Shown in pieces: positions 19,001 to 27,711 of a stretch of DNA of 64,000 nucleotides. The notes under the pieces are model-generated. The model ran no database searches. It was not told the DNA's origin and saw only the letters and a program-made list of their open reading frames with translations. The stretch covers positions 24,753 through 88,752 of the forward strand of contig JAHEZM010000005.1 of assembly GCA_023251075.1 (NCBI GenBank), given 5' to 3'. The stretch's first letter is position 1. Every line of letters starts with the position of its first letter. The translations under genes were made by a program, and so were the position numbers. Source of the DNA: Flavobacteriales bacterium. Its GTDB lineage: Bacteria > Bacteroidota > Bacteroidia > Flavobacteriales_C > GCA-002722245.

Positions 19001-19582
19001 AATGATTTGGGATGTTCGGCCAGCGATTCTGTGTTTGTGAAGAAAAATTTATTACCAAATATTTCTTTGGAGAATGATTCAACTATTTGTGAAAATGGTT
19101 ATGACGAAATAATATTAAATGCTCAATATCAACAAGCCAATAGTATTTTATGGAGTACAGGAACTCAAAATACATCTTCCATTAAAATTAAAACCAGTGG
19201 TGCGTATTGGGTTAAGATTGTAGATTCCAATATGTGTGTAAATGCAGATACTGTTGTTTTTTCTGCCTTGTGTGATGATATTATTTTCACTTTCCCTAAT
19301 GTGTTTACTCCTAATAATGATGGGTATAATGATGTATTTCACCCTTTCGGTGTGAACGATTATACTTTTCAGGAATTAATGGCAAACATGATTAATTTAG
19401 ATTTTGAAATGTATGATCGTTGGGGAATAAAAATGTATGAATCGAGAGAAATTATTCCAAATTGGGATGGAAGATTTAATGGTGAAAATGCTCCGTCAGG
19501 AACCTATTATTTCGTAGTGAAATATACCAATAGAGCAGGAAAATCAAGAGAATTAACAGGAGTGGTAACTTTAATAAGATAA
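16019..19582 (+). CDS. Giant secreted repeat adhesin-like protein, T9SS type-B cargo (paralogue of 53993..57607)
   Basis: Signal peptide. The conserved N-terminal domain (SVVSDNAGNLLFYTDG...VVDMSLKGGKGDIV) is shared with ORF 53993. It carries multiple ~74-aa Cys-bracketed modules. The C-terminus FPNVFTPNNDGYNDVFHPFG...WDGRFNGENAPSGTYYFVVKY...VTLIR is the gliding-motility CTD. Confidence 0.8.
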   Translation: MENLFCILIKKSKNALKLNVLVLFILLFTTVNAQYQQWYFGQKLGLNFSTGNPVISNIPVGKGPTDIYEAISVVSDNAGNLLFYTDGISVWDATHTVMQGVGGGLDGSSDGGAITGSSVQGAVIMQMPGSTVRYMIISVDCMQDVMAGSSKGMRLTVVDMSLKGGKGDIVASQKNSQLRNGLAANLVGEMIGVVSGDCNTNWIVVHGVGVNGNKFYAYKITSGSTVNNISGGGSPVISTVGPTLAANDQGRGSMVFSHSAVAPNIHKMGLTSQGVGAFLFDFNTSTGVVSNATTISSSNTMFYYGAEFSPDNSKFYFSNYISSGNPSLYQYDLNTTALNSLPNATTDDIGSIRLAPDNKLYCAPRLGSGLSVINSPNSSFAAINFVKDVISFAPATISLGLPEMYVCSSAIPCGDTTLTASIPSVCTSNGSFDLNSYNGTSDAGTWTISNAPLGSTATISSAHIFNINNSVAGNYTVRHTLTTVSPSCPSYSERTFQVYALPVVDLSDQTICSGTTATFDAGAGMNSYNWTGPSSYTSTSQSITVSIPGVYAVTVSNANCSANASALLIVKSLPLVSNLIDQSVCFGESATFDAGAGKVAYHWTGPNGYTDTTQSITVNAAGIYSVTADSNGCTSLAESVDLNIKSLPLVSTLNNQSVCFGESATFDAGAGKAAYHWTGPNGYTNTSQSITVNAAGTYSVTADSNGCTSLTESVDLNIKSLPLVSTLNNQSVCFGESATFDTGAGKAAYHWTGPNGYTNTTQSITVNVAGTYSVTVDSNGCTSLSASVDLTINALPNISVNTVNDLCENTTPEILTANPSGGKWIIDGNIITNIGDPSILTSGQHSAKYYFTDGNNCVDSSALQLFSVFDVDTVDLVDAEYCAGSFYQFSLPNNWDKYWWNNILGTNQFTVNSGSQTVVLRVEDVNGCFTQDSAFVNELEIAIPDLGDNKSICEFENIILSPGTPHDLKYLWSNADTTSQITVDSEGGYKVTVSNDLGCSASDSVFVKKNLLPNISLENDSTICENGYDEIILNAQYQQANSILWSTGTQNTSSIKIKTSGAYWVKIVDSNMCVNADTVVFSALCDDIIFTFPNVFTPNNDGYNDVFHPFGVNDYTFQELMANMINLDFEMYDRWGIKMYESREIIPNWDGRFNGENAPSGTYYFVVKYTNRAGKSRELTGVVTLIR
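17729..18394 (+). repeat. Three near-identical 222-bp tandem repeats inside the adhesin gene (a fourth, diverged copy lies at about 17506-17728)
   Basis: Copies start at 17729, 17951 and 18173. Each encodes KSLPLVS.L.DQSVCFGESATFDAGAGK.AYHWTGPNGYT.T.QSITVN.AG.YSVTADSNGCTSL.ESVDLNI, with more than 93% nucleotide identity. Confidence 0.9.
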
Positions 19583-20755
19583 TTAATGAATTAAATATTT
19601 CATGCTGCAGTACACCAATACATTGCTATTGAAATTTGAATTGTACATTTTAGAAACATGAATACCGAAAGATGTTTTTTCGTAAAAACGGTAGTCGAGT
19701 CCTAAAGAAAAAGTATGTGCCCATCGGGAAATATTAGTGAAGTCATTGATTGTACTATATGTGTACACCGTGTTAGGCAAGTAATCGGCTCTTTCGGTAT
19801 AAGTATATTCCATTTTATTCCAAAGCATATATTCTATTTTTGTTTTCAAGGATAGGCTTAATCTTTTTTGCGAATAAATTAGTTCTATGGGTAATCCGAG
19901 AGTTCCTGTTTCAACATTTTTCAGGGAAGTACTTTGTTCAATATTAATGATAGTATTGTTGGCAAAGTTATCTCCTTTAATAGCGTAAAAACCTGAATCT
20001 GTGTTTGGGGTAGCTATTTTACTATAGGTGTTTGATTTGTCGTTTTGAATAACATCGCTCAATTCATTTTGTTTCTTTTCACTTTTAACAATGTCAAATA
20101 AATGGGTGTATTGTGCGTATTCTATTCCCGTTGAAATAGCAATTTTAGGATTGATATTTTTTATCACTGAAAAACTACTGGTGTAATTTTTAAAAGACAT
20201 TATATCTTGTTTAAATTCATTGTACAACAGAAGTCCTGCGCTTACTTGATAGTGTAGTGAATTTGATTTTTTGGAAATATTGTTTTCTATATATGCAGCA
20301 GCAAAAACAGAGTCGTTATAAATAACTATATTTTTATTTTCTGCCGAAATATTTTCCTGTAATTCATCTTTTGTTTTTGTAGTAGTAGTATCTTTTAGTT
20401 CCTCATTTTCATTTTCGGTTTTATTAATAGAAGATCTTGTGTTTTCAATAAAAACTAAATGTTTTTCTTTTTGAGCATAGTTTGTTTTTAGCTTGGTTTT
20501 CACCATCTTGTATTTTGTTTTTAGAGAGTGAAATATTTGCTCTAAATGTTTTGCAGGTACTGTATTTTGTGAAATTACAGGAGAGGTGTTTTGCCAAAAA
20601 GAAGTATAGCATATACCTGTTATAAGAGTGGTACTAATAAAGAAAAAAACAATTCTTTTTTTTCTCGATTCTTTTTTTTCTTTTGCGATGATCAAAGGAA
20701 GAGCTTCTTCCCAAAATTCATCTTTATATTCAAATTGCGGTATATTTTTTTCCAT
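19583..20755 (-). CDS. Putative anti-sigma-like membrane protein: short cytoplasmic N-terminus, one TM helix, Lys/Glu-rich linker, C-terminal beta-barrel-like domain
   Basis: Sits 22 nt downstream of the ECF sigma gene. The TM segment is IVFFFISTTLITGICYTSFW. The C-terminal ~220 aa show an alternating aromatic/hydrophobic beta pattern. It is paralogous in architecture and N-terminus to 52144..53580. Confidence 0.5.
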   Translation of the reverse strand: MEKNIPQFEYKDEFWEEALPLIIAKEKKESRKKRIVFFFISTTLITGICYTSFWQNTSPVISQNTVPAKHLEQIFHSLKTKYKMVKTKLKTNYAQKEKHLVFIENTRSSINKTENENEELKDTTTTKTKDELQENISAENKNIVIYNDSVFAAAYIENNISKKSNSLHYQVSAGLLLYNEFKQDIMSFKNYTSSFSVIKNINPKIAISTGIEYAQYTHLFDIVKSEKKQNELSDVIQNDKSNTYSKIATPNTDSGFYAIKGDNFANNTIINIEQSTSLKNVETGTLGLPIELIYSQKRLSLSLKTKIEYMLWNKMEYTYTERADYLPNTVYTYSTINDFTNISRWAHTFSLGLDYRFYEKTSFGIHVSKMYNSNFNSNVLVYCSMKYLIH

Positions 20756-20777
20756 ATAAAAGAGTCCAATATTTATT

Positions 20778-21347
20778 TTACAACAATTGAGAAATGTATT
20801 TTTTTAATATTTCACGAGCGTTAGAAACGTGCCATTTTGAAGTGCCTGTGCTGATTTGAAGCATTTCACTTATTTCATGATGAGAAAAACCTTCAAGCGC
20901 AAACAGTTGAAAAACCTTTCTCGAAACATTGGGTAATTTTTCCAGTAGTTGTTTTACTGTTTCTTCTCCCAGTGTTTGTTGCGCATTGTTGTTTTCTCCA
21001 GTTTGATTTATGAAGAGATAAGAATCTAAATCGCAATTGTTATCTACCATCATTTTTATTCTTTTGTTTTTTCGGTATTCGTCGATTAATGTATTGATAG
21101 CAATGCTTTGACTCCATTTTTTAAAGTCCTTATGCTGATCGTATTTTTGTAATGAAGAAAGTATTTTTAAAAATGCCTGATTGAATAATTCACGTGCTAA
21201 TTCTTCTTGTTTCACATATTTATAGCAAACAGGCATCAATAGATGAAAGCAGATTTTATGCAGCTCTAATTGAGCGCGACGATCTTTTTCAATGCATCTT
21301 TTGATTAATTGCTCTTCAATCATTTTGTTGTAGTTAAAACAAATCAA
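20778..21347 (-). CDS. RNA polymerase ECF-type sigma-70 factor
   Basis: Region 2/4 signatures, including the Bacteroidota-typical C-terminus ISTGTSKWHVSNAREILKKY. Size is 189 aa. Confidence 0.85.
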   Translation of the reverse strand: MICFNYNKMIEEQLIKRCIEKDRRAQLELHKICFHLLMPVCYKYVKQEELARELFNQAFLKILSSLQKYDQHKDFKKWSQSIAINTLIDEYRKNKRIKMMVDNNCDLDSYLFINQTGENNNAQQTLGEETVKQLLEKLPNVSRKVFQLFALEGFSHHEISEMLQISTGTSKWHVSNAREILKKYISQLL

Positions 21348-21381
21348 GGAAGAAGTGAAAACACTTCCTCCTTGATAAGAG

Positions 21382-21409
21382 TACGCGGCGGAATGAATAG
21401 TCGTTGGGT
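21382..21409 (-). promoter_or_regulatory. ECF-type promoter upstream of the sigma gene (autoregulation)
   Basis: The minus strand reads ACCCAACGactattcattccgccgCGTACTCTTATC with a spacer of 16 nt; it lies ~35 nt upstream of ATG 21347. Confidence 0.55.
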
Positions 21410-21422
21410 ACTATTCGCTTAC

Positions 21423-22076
21423 TTATTTATTGTCTCCTAGGTAATAAATATTTGGTTTTCCGCACGGTCCATCGGTAACATGCGTTACTCCGCCATAATG
21501 AAGTGCTTCTTCGGCACTATCATAAGTAATACCATTACAACCGCAAACAGGTGTAGACTCTTTATCATACATAATGGTAAAAGTAGAATCAATTAATTCT
21601 TCATTTACACAAGCGTTGTTGTCTTTTCCACAAGGGCCCTCTGTGTAGCTTACAACCCCATATTTTAAAGTTGCAACAGCTTCATTGTCGTAGGTTACTC
21701 CATCACATCCACAAACCGGAGCATAGAGTGCTTTTATCATAATCTCATTATTGATTAATGAGGAATCATGACACTTATCTTCTCCTCTTTCCGTGTCTTC
21801 ACATCTTCCTTTTTTGTAGTGAATCACTCCATTTTGATACACGGCAACATCAACATTGTCGTACGTTACACCATCACAACCACAAACAGGATCGTAATCT
21901 TTTTTAATATCGAGAGTGTAATCAATTAATGTGGAGTCATAACAGGAATTGGTGTTTGGATCTTTAATGGGCGGTTTACCACAAACCGTTGGCACTTCAT
22001 TTGGTTTTTCGCAAGAGAAAAGAAAAATACCACTTAAGGCAATTAGTCCGCGTGAAATTCTCATAATGTTTTTCAT
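21423..22076 (-). CDS. Secreted lipoprotein with three Kazal-like (follistatin/ovomucoid-type) repeats
   Basis: Lipoprotein signal MKNIMRISRGLIALSGIFLFSC. Three repeats have a PVCGCDGVTYDN / PVCGCNGITYDS core followed by a closing Cys. Cys spacing is atypical relative to canonical Kazal. Confidence 0.55.
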   Translation of the reverse strand: MKNIMRISRGLIALSGIFLFSCEKPNEVPTVCGKPPIKDPNTNSCYDSTLIDYTLDIKKDYDPVCGCDGVTYDNVDVAVYQNGVIHYKKGRCEDTERGEDKCHDSSLINNEIMIKALYAPVCGCDGVTYDNEAVATLKYGVVSYTEGPCGKDNNACVNEELIDSTFTIMYDKESTPVCGCNGITYDSAEEALHYGGVTHVTDGPCGKPNIYYLGDNK

Positions 22077-22105
22077 AATATAAATTTTATTGGTTTAAAA
22101 TGAAG

Positions 22106-22133
22106 TACGCCTCCATTTGAGGTGTGGTTGGGT
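22106..22133 (-). promoter_or_regulatory. ECF-type promoter P1 upstream of the Kazal-like gene
   Basis: The minus strand reads ACCCAACCacacctcaaatggaggCGTACTTCATTT, spacer 16 nt. Confidence 0.55.
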
Positions 22134-22174
22134 GATGGTTGTTTTTATTTTTTGTCGTATGAAAAATGTGCTCG

Positions 22175-22202
22175 TACGTATTTTTTTTTGGGTTGGTTGG
22201 GT
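22175..22202 (-). promoter_or_regulatory. ECF-type promoter P2 (tandem) upstream of the Kazal-like gene
   Basis: The minus strand reads ACCCAACCaacccaaaaaaaaataCGTACGAG, spacer 16 nt; it lies 69 nt upstream of P1. Confidence 0.5.
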
Positions 22203-22289
22203 GCTTTTGAAAATAAATAAACTTCGGAGATAATAGCAACCATAGGGTTTTCGAAGGTCTTCTATTTATAAAACTTAAATATTTACATT

Positions 22290-22835
22290 ATGAAAAAAAT
22301 CATTTCCATTTTCTTTTTTGTACTTGTAGCAAGTACATTAAAGGCACAAAATCCTTTTCATTACGAATTAGGCATTTCTAATTTTAAAGGTATTTTATTT
22401 CCTCAAAATGTTTTGGCTCTTTCCGGTTGTGTTAGGTATAATATTCATGAAAAGAATATTGAAAAATCTACCTCAATATCTTTGATTCCCAGTTTTGGTG
22501 TATCTTCTAATAATGTTTTGGCGGTGAGTGTTCCATTCACTTTTGATTTTAATTATGGATGTGGATCAACTTCTTCTTCAGAAAAAAAGGTGGGTGCGTT
22601 TATGGGGGCTGGCTTAGGCTATTACAATGCATTTTACACTACACGCTCTTTTAATTCTTATCATTCTACTACAGGATTAATTTTTCATGCAGGGATAAGA
22701 GCTAAGTTAAATCAGCACGCTTTAACTTTCCGAACCAACATTCTTTTTTCTGCGGTGAGCTATAAAATGATGTCGAACGATATAGGTCCATACAGTCCTA
22801 TTGTATATGGAGCTTCCCTCTTTTATGCCTTTTAA
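22290..22835 (+). CDS. Small outer-membrane beta-barrel-like protein
   Basis: Signal peptide MKKIISIFFFVLVASTLKAQ. Size 181 aa. Alternating beta pattern with the C-terminal aromatic ending LFYAF. Confidence 0.45.
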   Translation: MKKIISIFFFVLVASTLKAQNPFHYELGISNFKGILFPQNVLALSGCVRYNIHEKNIEKSTSISLIPSFGVSSNNVLAVSVPFTFDFNYGCGSTSSSEKKVGAFMGAGLGYYNAFYTTRSFNSYHSTTGLIFHAGIRAKLNQHALTFRTNILFSAVSYKMMSNDIGPYSPIVYGASLFYAF

Positions 22836-22888
22836 AGTATACTATTCAAGTAGTTTCATAAAGAGAAGAGAATTATTTTAATAGTCCT

Positions 22889-22916
22889 ACCCAACTTCTA
22901 CATTTTGGTGTCCGTA
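22889..22916 (+). promoter_or_regulatory. ECF-type promoter upstream of the 1587-aa adhesin gene
   Basis: ctACCCAACTtctacattttggtgtcCGTACTCTTAAG, spacer 16 nt. This places the TSS near 22925, so the true start codon is the downstream ATG at 22979. Confidence 0.55.
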
Positions 22917-22978
22917 CTCTTAAGATGAAGGGCAATTACCAACGGGGATTTTTTTCTTGCTCTTGTGAAACTACTTTT

Positions 22979-25900
22979 ATGAAAAAACTATTTCAAGTAA
23001 CGCTTTTGTTATTGCTAAAGCTTTCTTCTGGCTACGCGCAATGTACTAATGTGCCGGTGAAAGAAGCGATTAGAAATGGAGATTTTGAAGCCGGATATTT
23101 ACAAGGTCCTGCTGGAAAAAATCATCAATTCACACCAGGGAGTGATTTCGATTTTTATAGCGATTTCAACTTCATTGGCCCACCGGCTAATTACAAAGCT
23201 ACCGATCCCTGTAATTTCAATATTGCCGATAAATATGCCGTGATGGCTGCCGAAACTTTTACTTGTGGTAATCAAAATGCTCCTTTTGTAGATAATACCT
23301 ATTGGGGAATTTCTTATGGTGGTGATAAAAATTTTAAAGATCACACTTTAGGTGCCAATGGTAAAGGACATGCATTGGTGATCGATTTATATCAAATTAA
23401 AACCAGCTCTAAAAATCCGGGAGGTTTGCCTATGGCCTGGGAACAAACGGTAAATATTTCTCCTAGTCAGCCCTATTATTTTTCTGCGTGGTTAGCAAAT
23501 TTTAATGCCAATACTCCGGCAAAAATGCAGGTAACTATTATGCCTATTAATCCTAATGGAACAGAAGATACTCCTAACAAACAAACACTTCCTATTGCAA
23601 TACAACCAAGTGGTTTAATGCAATGGACTCAGTTGAGCGCCAAATGGGTTCCTGCGGGTGTTTATAGCAAAGTAAGTGTGCGTTTTGAATTTGTAAATGT
23701 GAATGGGGGAGCATCAGGATTGGATGTGTGTATTGATGATATTTCTTTTATTAATAGTTGTCAGAATTTGAATGCACAAAATATTTATGTTGCTGATTTT
23801 AATTTACCTGATACCGTAAATATTTGTTTGAATAATGGTTCGGTGTTGCTCGATCCTCATGCTCCGTCAGCACAAACTAACAATGCAACAGTGTATTGGT
23901 TTAGTGGAAATACTAATCCGCAAACGCAAGTATCTACGGGCAATTGGACGAAGACCATCAACACTTCAGGAACGTATAGAGTTTGTATTGATGATCCCGA
24001 TAATCATTGTTCGGTGAGTGATAATGTGGTGGTAATAGAAAACATGATGGTGCCTGTAAGTGATTTCGATTTATGCAGTCCATCGCAATTTAATATAGAT
24101 GCAGGATTTAATATTCCTAACGGCGCAGCTTCTGCAATTCAATGGAGTGGTTCGTCGGGTACCAGCAGCACCAGAAATTATACGGTAAATAAGCCCGGAA
24201 TTCATACGGTGAATATCACGAGCGCGGCAGGTTTAAGTTGTAATTATTCTAAAACATTTAATGTTACTTCGCATTTACCCACTCCTCCAACCAATCTTGA
24301 TTTTTGTAGTGGAGGTGGAGTGGCTGCTACATTATCAGTAGGTGATGGAAAACCTTACAAGTGGTCAACGAGTCAAACCATGTTACCTATCATTGGTAGC
24401 GGTGTTTCTGTAAATTGGAATGTTCCTGCCAACACCAATACAGATCAAACTTTATGGATTCAAAATGCAGAAACTACTCCTTTGGGAACATGGGGGCCTA
24501 CCACTGCTTCTATGACGGGGTATCCCGGAACAATTTATCCCATTAAGTTTAATGTAAACAGTATTGTTCAATTCAATTCTTTTGTGGTGGGTAGCAGGGC
24601 GTATGCTGGTCCGTGTTCCGGAAAAGGAGCAGGAACAGGTAATTCAAATCCAATTACATTAACACTCACCAATCCCGATGGAAGTACACGTACTATCACA
24701 CAAACTATTAATTGTGATTCACCTACAACGATTAATGCAAATTGGATTTTAACTCCAGGAGCATATACTTTAACCTCCAGTATTAAATTGAATTTTTCCA
24801 ATACTTCAGGAGTAAATGGAAACAATACTACGGTGAGTGTTACTTCTTCAGGAAGCACAATGTTTGCCGATTTGAATTTTAGTAATTCCAGTGCTTGTGA
24901 TCCTGTACCTGTGGTGGTGAAAGCTATTTCATGTTGTGCTGCACCTGTTGATATTCCTAAAATTGACCCTATCGCAAGTGTGTTGAGAGTGTGTGCACCC
25001 AATAAAGCTACTATTGTAACCAAAGCACTTAGCAATGGATTGGATTATAAGTGGCAGGTGAGTCATAATAATGGGGTAACGTGGGTTGATTCTGTGGGAG
25101 CTACTGGTATAGTTTCGGGAGGTAAAGTTACTTTGCCTAATGTTTCTGCCAATGGGTGGTATCGTATTGTGATTGCCAACACTGGAAATATTAATAAAAG
25201 TTGTGTAAAAAAATCTGATTCTGCTGTGGTGGTTATTAAATCATTACCCACCAATATTGCTATCTCAGTGAATCCTAATAAAACACAATTTTGTAAAAAT
25301 GAAGCACATACTTTAACCGCTTCGGCAACAGTTACAACAGGAACTCCCACTTATCAATGGAAATTAGATGTTGCTTCTACCAACGCTTCTATCAATGGAT
25401 TGAAGTGGGTAGGTACACACAACTATCGTGTGGTGGTGAATGCAAATGGCTGTGTAGATTCTCTAACAAAAACCATTAATGTATTGGCTTCCGATTCTGC
25501 AAAAATATTGAGTGCCGGACCATTTTGTGCCGGTGCTGCACCTTACGTTTTGAAACTAACTACTGGTTCTACTATCGGTGGAACATGGACAGGAACTGGT
25601 GTTTCAGCAGCAGGCGTTTTTAATCCAACGGGATTAAGTGCCGGAAGTTATTCTGTAAAATATACCACAACAGGTGTATGTTCAGCAAAAGATTCTGTAA
25701 ACATTTCTGTCACCAGCGGTGCTGCTTTTCAAATTTTGTCGACAAAAATAAATTATTGTAAAAGTTCTTCTATCGATACCATTGAAGTAAATATTGCAGG
25801 AGGTAATTTCTGGACCAAAAGTGGGCAAGGAATTATTGATGCAACCAAAGGAATTTTAAATCCATCATTAATGAATGTTGGTAACGACACCCTGTTTTAC

Positions 25901-27688
25901 GGTGTAGCCGGAACCTGTGGTGACACTGCTTTCTTGGAAATTACAATCGTTGCAAATGATTCGGTGAAAGTATTAACTGCCGGTCCATTTTGTTCTTCTG
26001 ATCAGCCTTACTCCATGCAATTGAGTGATGGTTCAACTTCGGGTGGTACTTGGAGCGGTAACGGAATAACAAACGTAGCACAAGGAATTTTTAATCCGGG
26101 CTCTGTAGTGCCGGGGACTTATAAAATTAAATACAGCACAACGGGTTCATGTGCTGCATCCGATTGGGTAATGGTAACCGTAAGCAACGGTATTGCTTTT
26201 CAGTTTTTATCTGCACAAGAAAATAGTTATTGTAAAAATCATGGAGCAGATACTATTCAGGTAAATATTTTGGGTGGAGTTTTCTGGACCAAAAGTGGAA
26301 CAGGAATTATGGATGCTGCCAAAGGATATATTAATCCTTCTCTGATGAATGTGGGAACCGATACTTTGTTTTATGGTAAAGCCGGACAATGTGGTGATAC
26401 CATAAAAATGGTTTTGCAAATTAATGTGCTGGATATAGCCAACATTAATTCTGTTACCACTTTGTGTTCGTCGCAAAATGCACAACAATTAAGTGTAAGT
26501 AATTTATCGTCGGCAGGAACCTGGTCGGCAAGTTGTGGTGCTTGTATCAATGTTTCAGGATTATTTAATCCTGCTTCCGCTTCGGCAAATAATACAATTA
26601 CTTACACTACTCACGGAGCTTGTGCTGTTTTTGATACTATTGTTATTACTGTGCAGGAAGTGAGAGACGCCAGTATTCAAGCAATTAATTCTATTTGTAA
26701 AAATGGTGGAAAAAAACAGTTACATGCCAATGCAACCGGGGGGGTGTTTAGTGGTCTAGGGGTGAGTGCTACGGGGCTGTTTGATCCATCGTTGTTGAAC
26801 GCAGGAACTTACTGGATTAAGTATTCACAAAATGGCATTTGTTCTTCGGTTGATTCGGTACAAATTACAGTAGACACTATTCCTGATGTTCATATTATTA
26901 GCAGTATCAATGAAGGATGCGCACCTTTAACAGTAGAGTTTACACAGCATGTTATGTCTCCAATCACTATGGCTGTATTTCGTTTTGGAGATGGTAGTCA
27001 ATCTCTGTCGGCTAATCAATTTGTTTCAGCACAACACACTTATTCTCAAGCAGGAATTTACGATGTGTGGTTGAAATTTATTTTCGATAATGGATGTGTA
27101 GATAGCGCAACTACCAAAGTGTTAGTGCATGAAGTTCCTATTGCTGATTTCACTTATTCTCCACAAATTGTTACAGCGTTAAATCCGCAAATGAATTTTA
27201 TCAATGCATCGAATAATGCTGTTTCTTACCAATGGAATTTTGGCAATTTAGCTACACCTAATTTATCTGCAAATACTAATGAATCGGTACTTTTTAATGT
27301 AACACATGCCGATACCATTCCTGTAACTTTAATTGCCATGAATGCAAGTTGTGCCGATACCGCAGTTAAAAATATAATCATTAAAGAAGGATTTACGGTT
27401 TATGCTCCTTCTGCTTTTACACCTAATGCCGATGGGCACAATGATATTTTCTTTATAGATGGATTGAATCATCTCGCACCCGAAAACAACAATTTTGAGT
27501 TGCTCATTTTCGATCGTTGGGGCGAATTGGTTTACACAAGCACTCATCCATATCAGGGGTGGAATGGTAAGAAATTTAACTCCATGGACGATTGTGAAAT
27601 CGACGTGTATGTTTGGAAAATTTCTTATACCAATACAATGAATAACAAAAAGGGAAGTAAAATCGGACAAGTAACCTTATTAAGATAA
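22979..27688 (+). CDS. Giant secreted adhesin-like protein with diverged ~150-aa internal repeats and a PKD-like domain, T9SS type-B cargo. The ORF track start 22925 is probably too early.
   Basis: The signal peptide MKKLFQVTLLLLLKLSSGYAQC starts at 22979. Internal repeats run AKILSAGPFCAGAAPY... / VKVLTAGPFCSSDQPY.... A PKD-like FRFGDGSQS...YDVWLKF segment is present. The C-terminus YAPSAFTPNADGHNDIFFIDG...WNGKKFN...QVTLLR is the type-B CTD. Confidence 0.8.
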   Translation: MKKLFQVTLLLLLKLSSGYAQCTNVPVKEAIRNGDFEAGYLQGPAGKNHQFTPGSDFDFYSDFNFIGPPANYKATDPCNFNIADKYAVMAAETFTCGNQNAPFVDNTYWGISYGGDKNFKDHTLGANGKGHALVIDLYQIKTSSKNPGGLPMAWEQTVNISPSQPYYFSAWLANFNANTPAKMQVTIMPINPNGTEDTPNKQTLPIAIQPSGLMQWTQLSAKWVPAGVYSKVSVRFEFVNVNGGASGLDVCIDDISFINSCQNLNAQNIYVADFNLPDTVNICLNNGSVLLDPHAPSAQTNNATVYWFSGNTNPQTQVSTGNWTKTINTSGTYRVCIDDPDNHCSVSDNVVVIENMMVPVSDFDLCSPSQFNIDAGFNIPNGAASAIQWSGSSGTSSTRNYTVNKPGIHTVNITSAAGLSCNYSKTFNVTSHLPTPPTNLDFCSGGGVAATLSVGDGKPYKWSTSQTMLPIIGSGVSVNWNVPANTNTDQTLWIQNAETTPLGTWGPTTASMTGYPGTIYPIKFNVNSIVQFNSFVVGSRAYAGPCSGKGAGTGNSNPITLTLTNPDGSTRTITQTINCDSPTTINANWILTPGAYTLTSSIKLNFSNTSGVNGNNTTVSVTSSGSTMFADLNFSNSSACDPVPVVVKAISCCAAPVDIPKIDPIASVLRVCAPNKATIVTKALSNGLDYKWQVSHNNGVTWVDSVGATGIVSGGKVTLPNVSANGWYRIVIANTGNINKSCVKKSDSAVVVIKSLPTNIAISVNPNKTQFCKNEAHTLTASATVTTGTPTYQWKLDVASTNASINGLKWVGTHNYRVVVNANGCVDSLTKTINVLASDSAKILSAGPFCAGAAPYVLKLTTGSTIGGTWTGTGVSAAGVFNPTGLSAGSYSVKYTTTGVCSAKDSVNISVTSGAAFQILSTKINYCKSSSIDTIEVNIAGGNFWTKSGQGIIDATKGILNPSLMNVGNDTLFYGVAGTCGDTAFLEITIVANDSVKVLTAGPFCSSDQPYSMQLSDGSTSGGTWSGNGITNVAQGIFNPGSVVPGTYKIKYSTTGSCAASDWVMVTVSNGIAFQFLSAQENSYCKNHGADTIQVNILGGVFWTKSGTGIMDAAKGYINPSLMNVGTDTLFYGKAGQCGDTIKMVLQINVLDIANINSVTTLCSSQNAQQLSVSNLSSAGTWSASCGACINVSGLFNPASASANNTITYTTHGACAVFDTIVITVQEVRDASIQAINSICKNGGKKQLHANATGGVFSGLGVSATGLFDPSLLNAGTYWIKYSQNGICSSVDSVQITVDTIPDVHIISSINEGCAPLTVEFTQHVMSPITMAVFRFGDGSQSLSANQFVSAQHTYSQAGIYDVWLKFIFDNGCVDSATTKVLVHEVPIADFTYSPQIVTALNPQMNFINASNNAVSYQWNFGNLATPNLSANTNESVLFNVTHADTIPVTLIAMNASCADTAVKNIIIKEGFTVYAPSAFTPNADGHNDIFFIDGLNHLAPENNNFELLIFDRWGELVYTSTHPYQGWNGKKFNSMDDCEIDVYVWKISYTNTMNNKKGSKIGQVTLLR

Positions 27689-27711
27689 TTGTTAATCTAA
27701 ATCCACTAATC

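Noticed and set aside
22925-22978. ORF-track start codon at 22925 for the 1587-aa adhesin (N-terminus MKGNYQRGFFSCSCETTF).
   Set aside because: The ECF-type promoter (22889-22916) places the TSS at about 22925. The downstream ATG at 22979 begins a canonical signal peptide (MKKLFQVTLLLLLKLSSGYAQ). Start moved to 22979.
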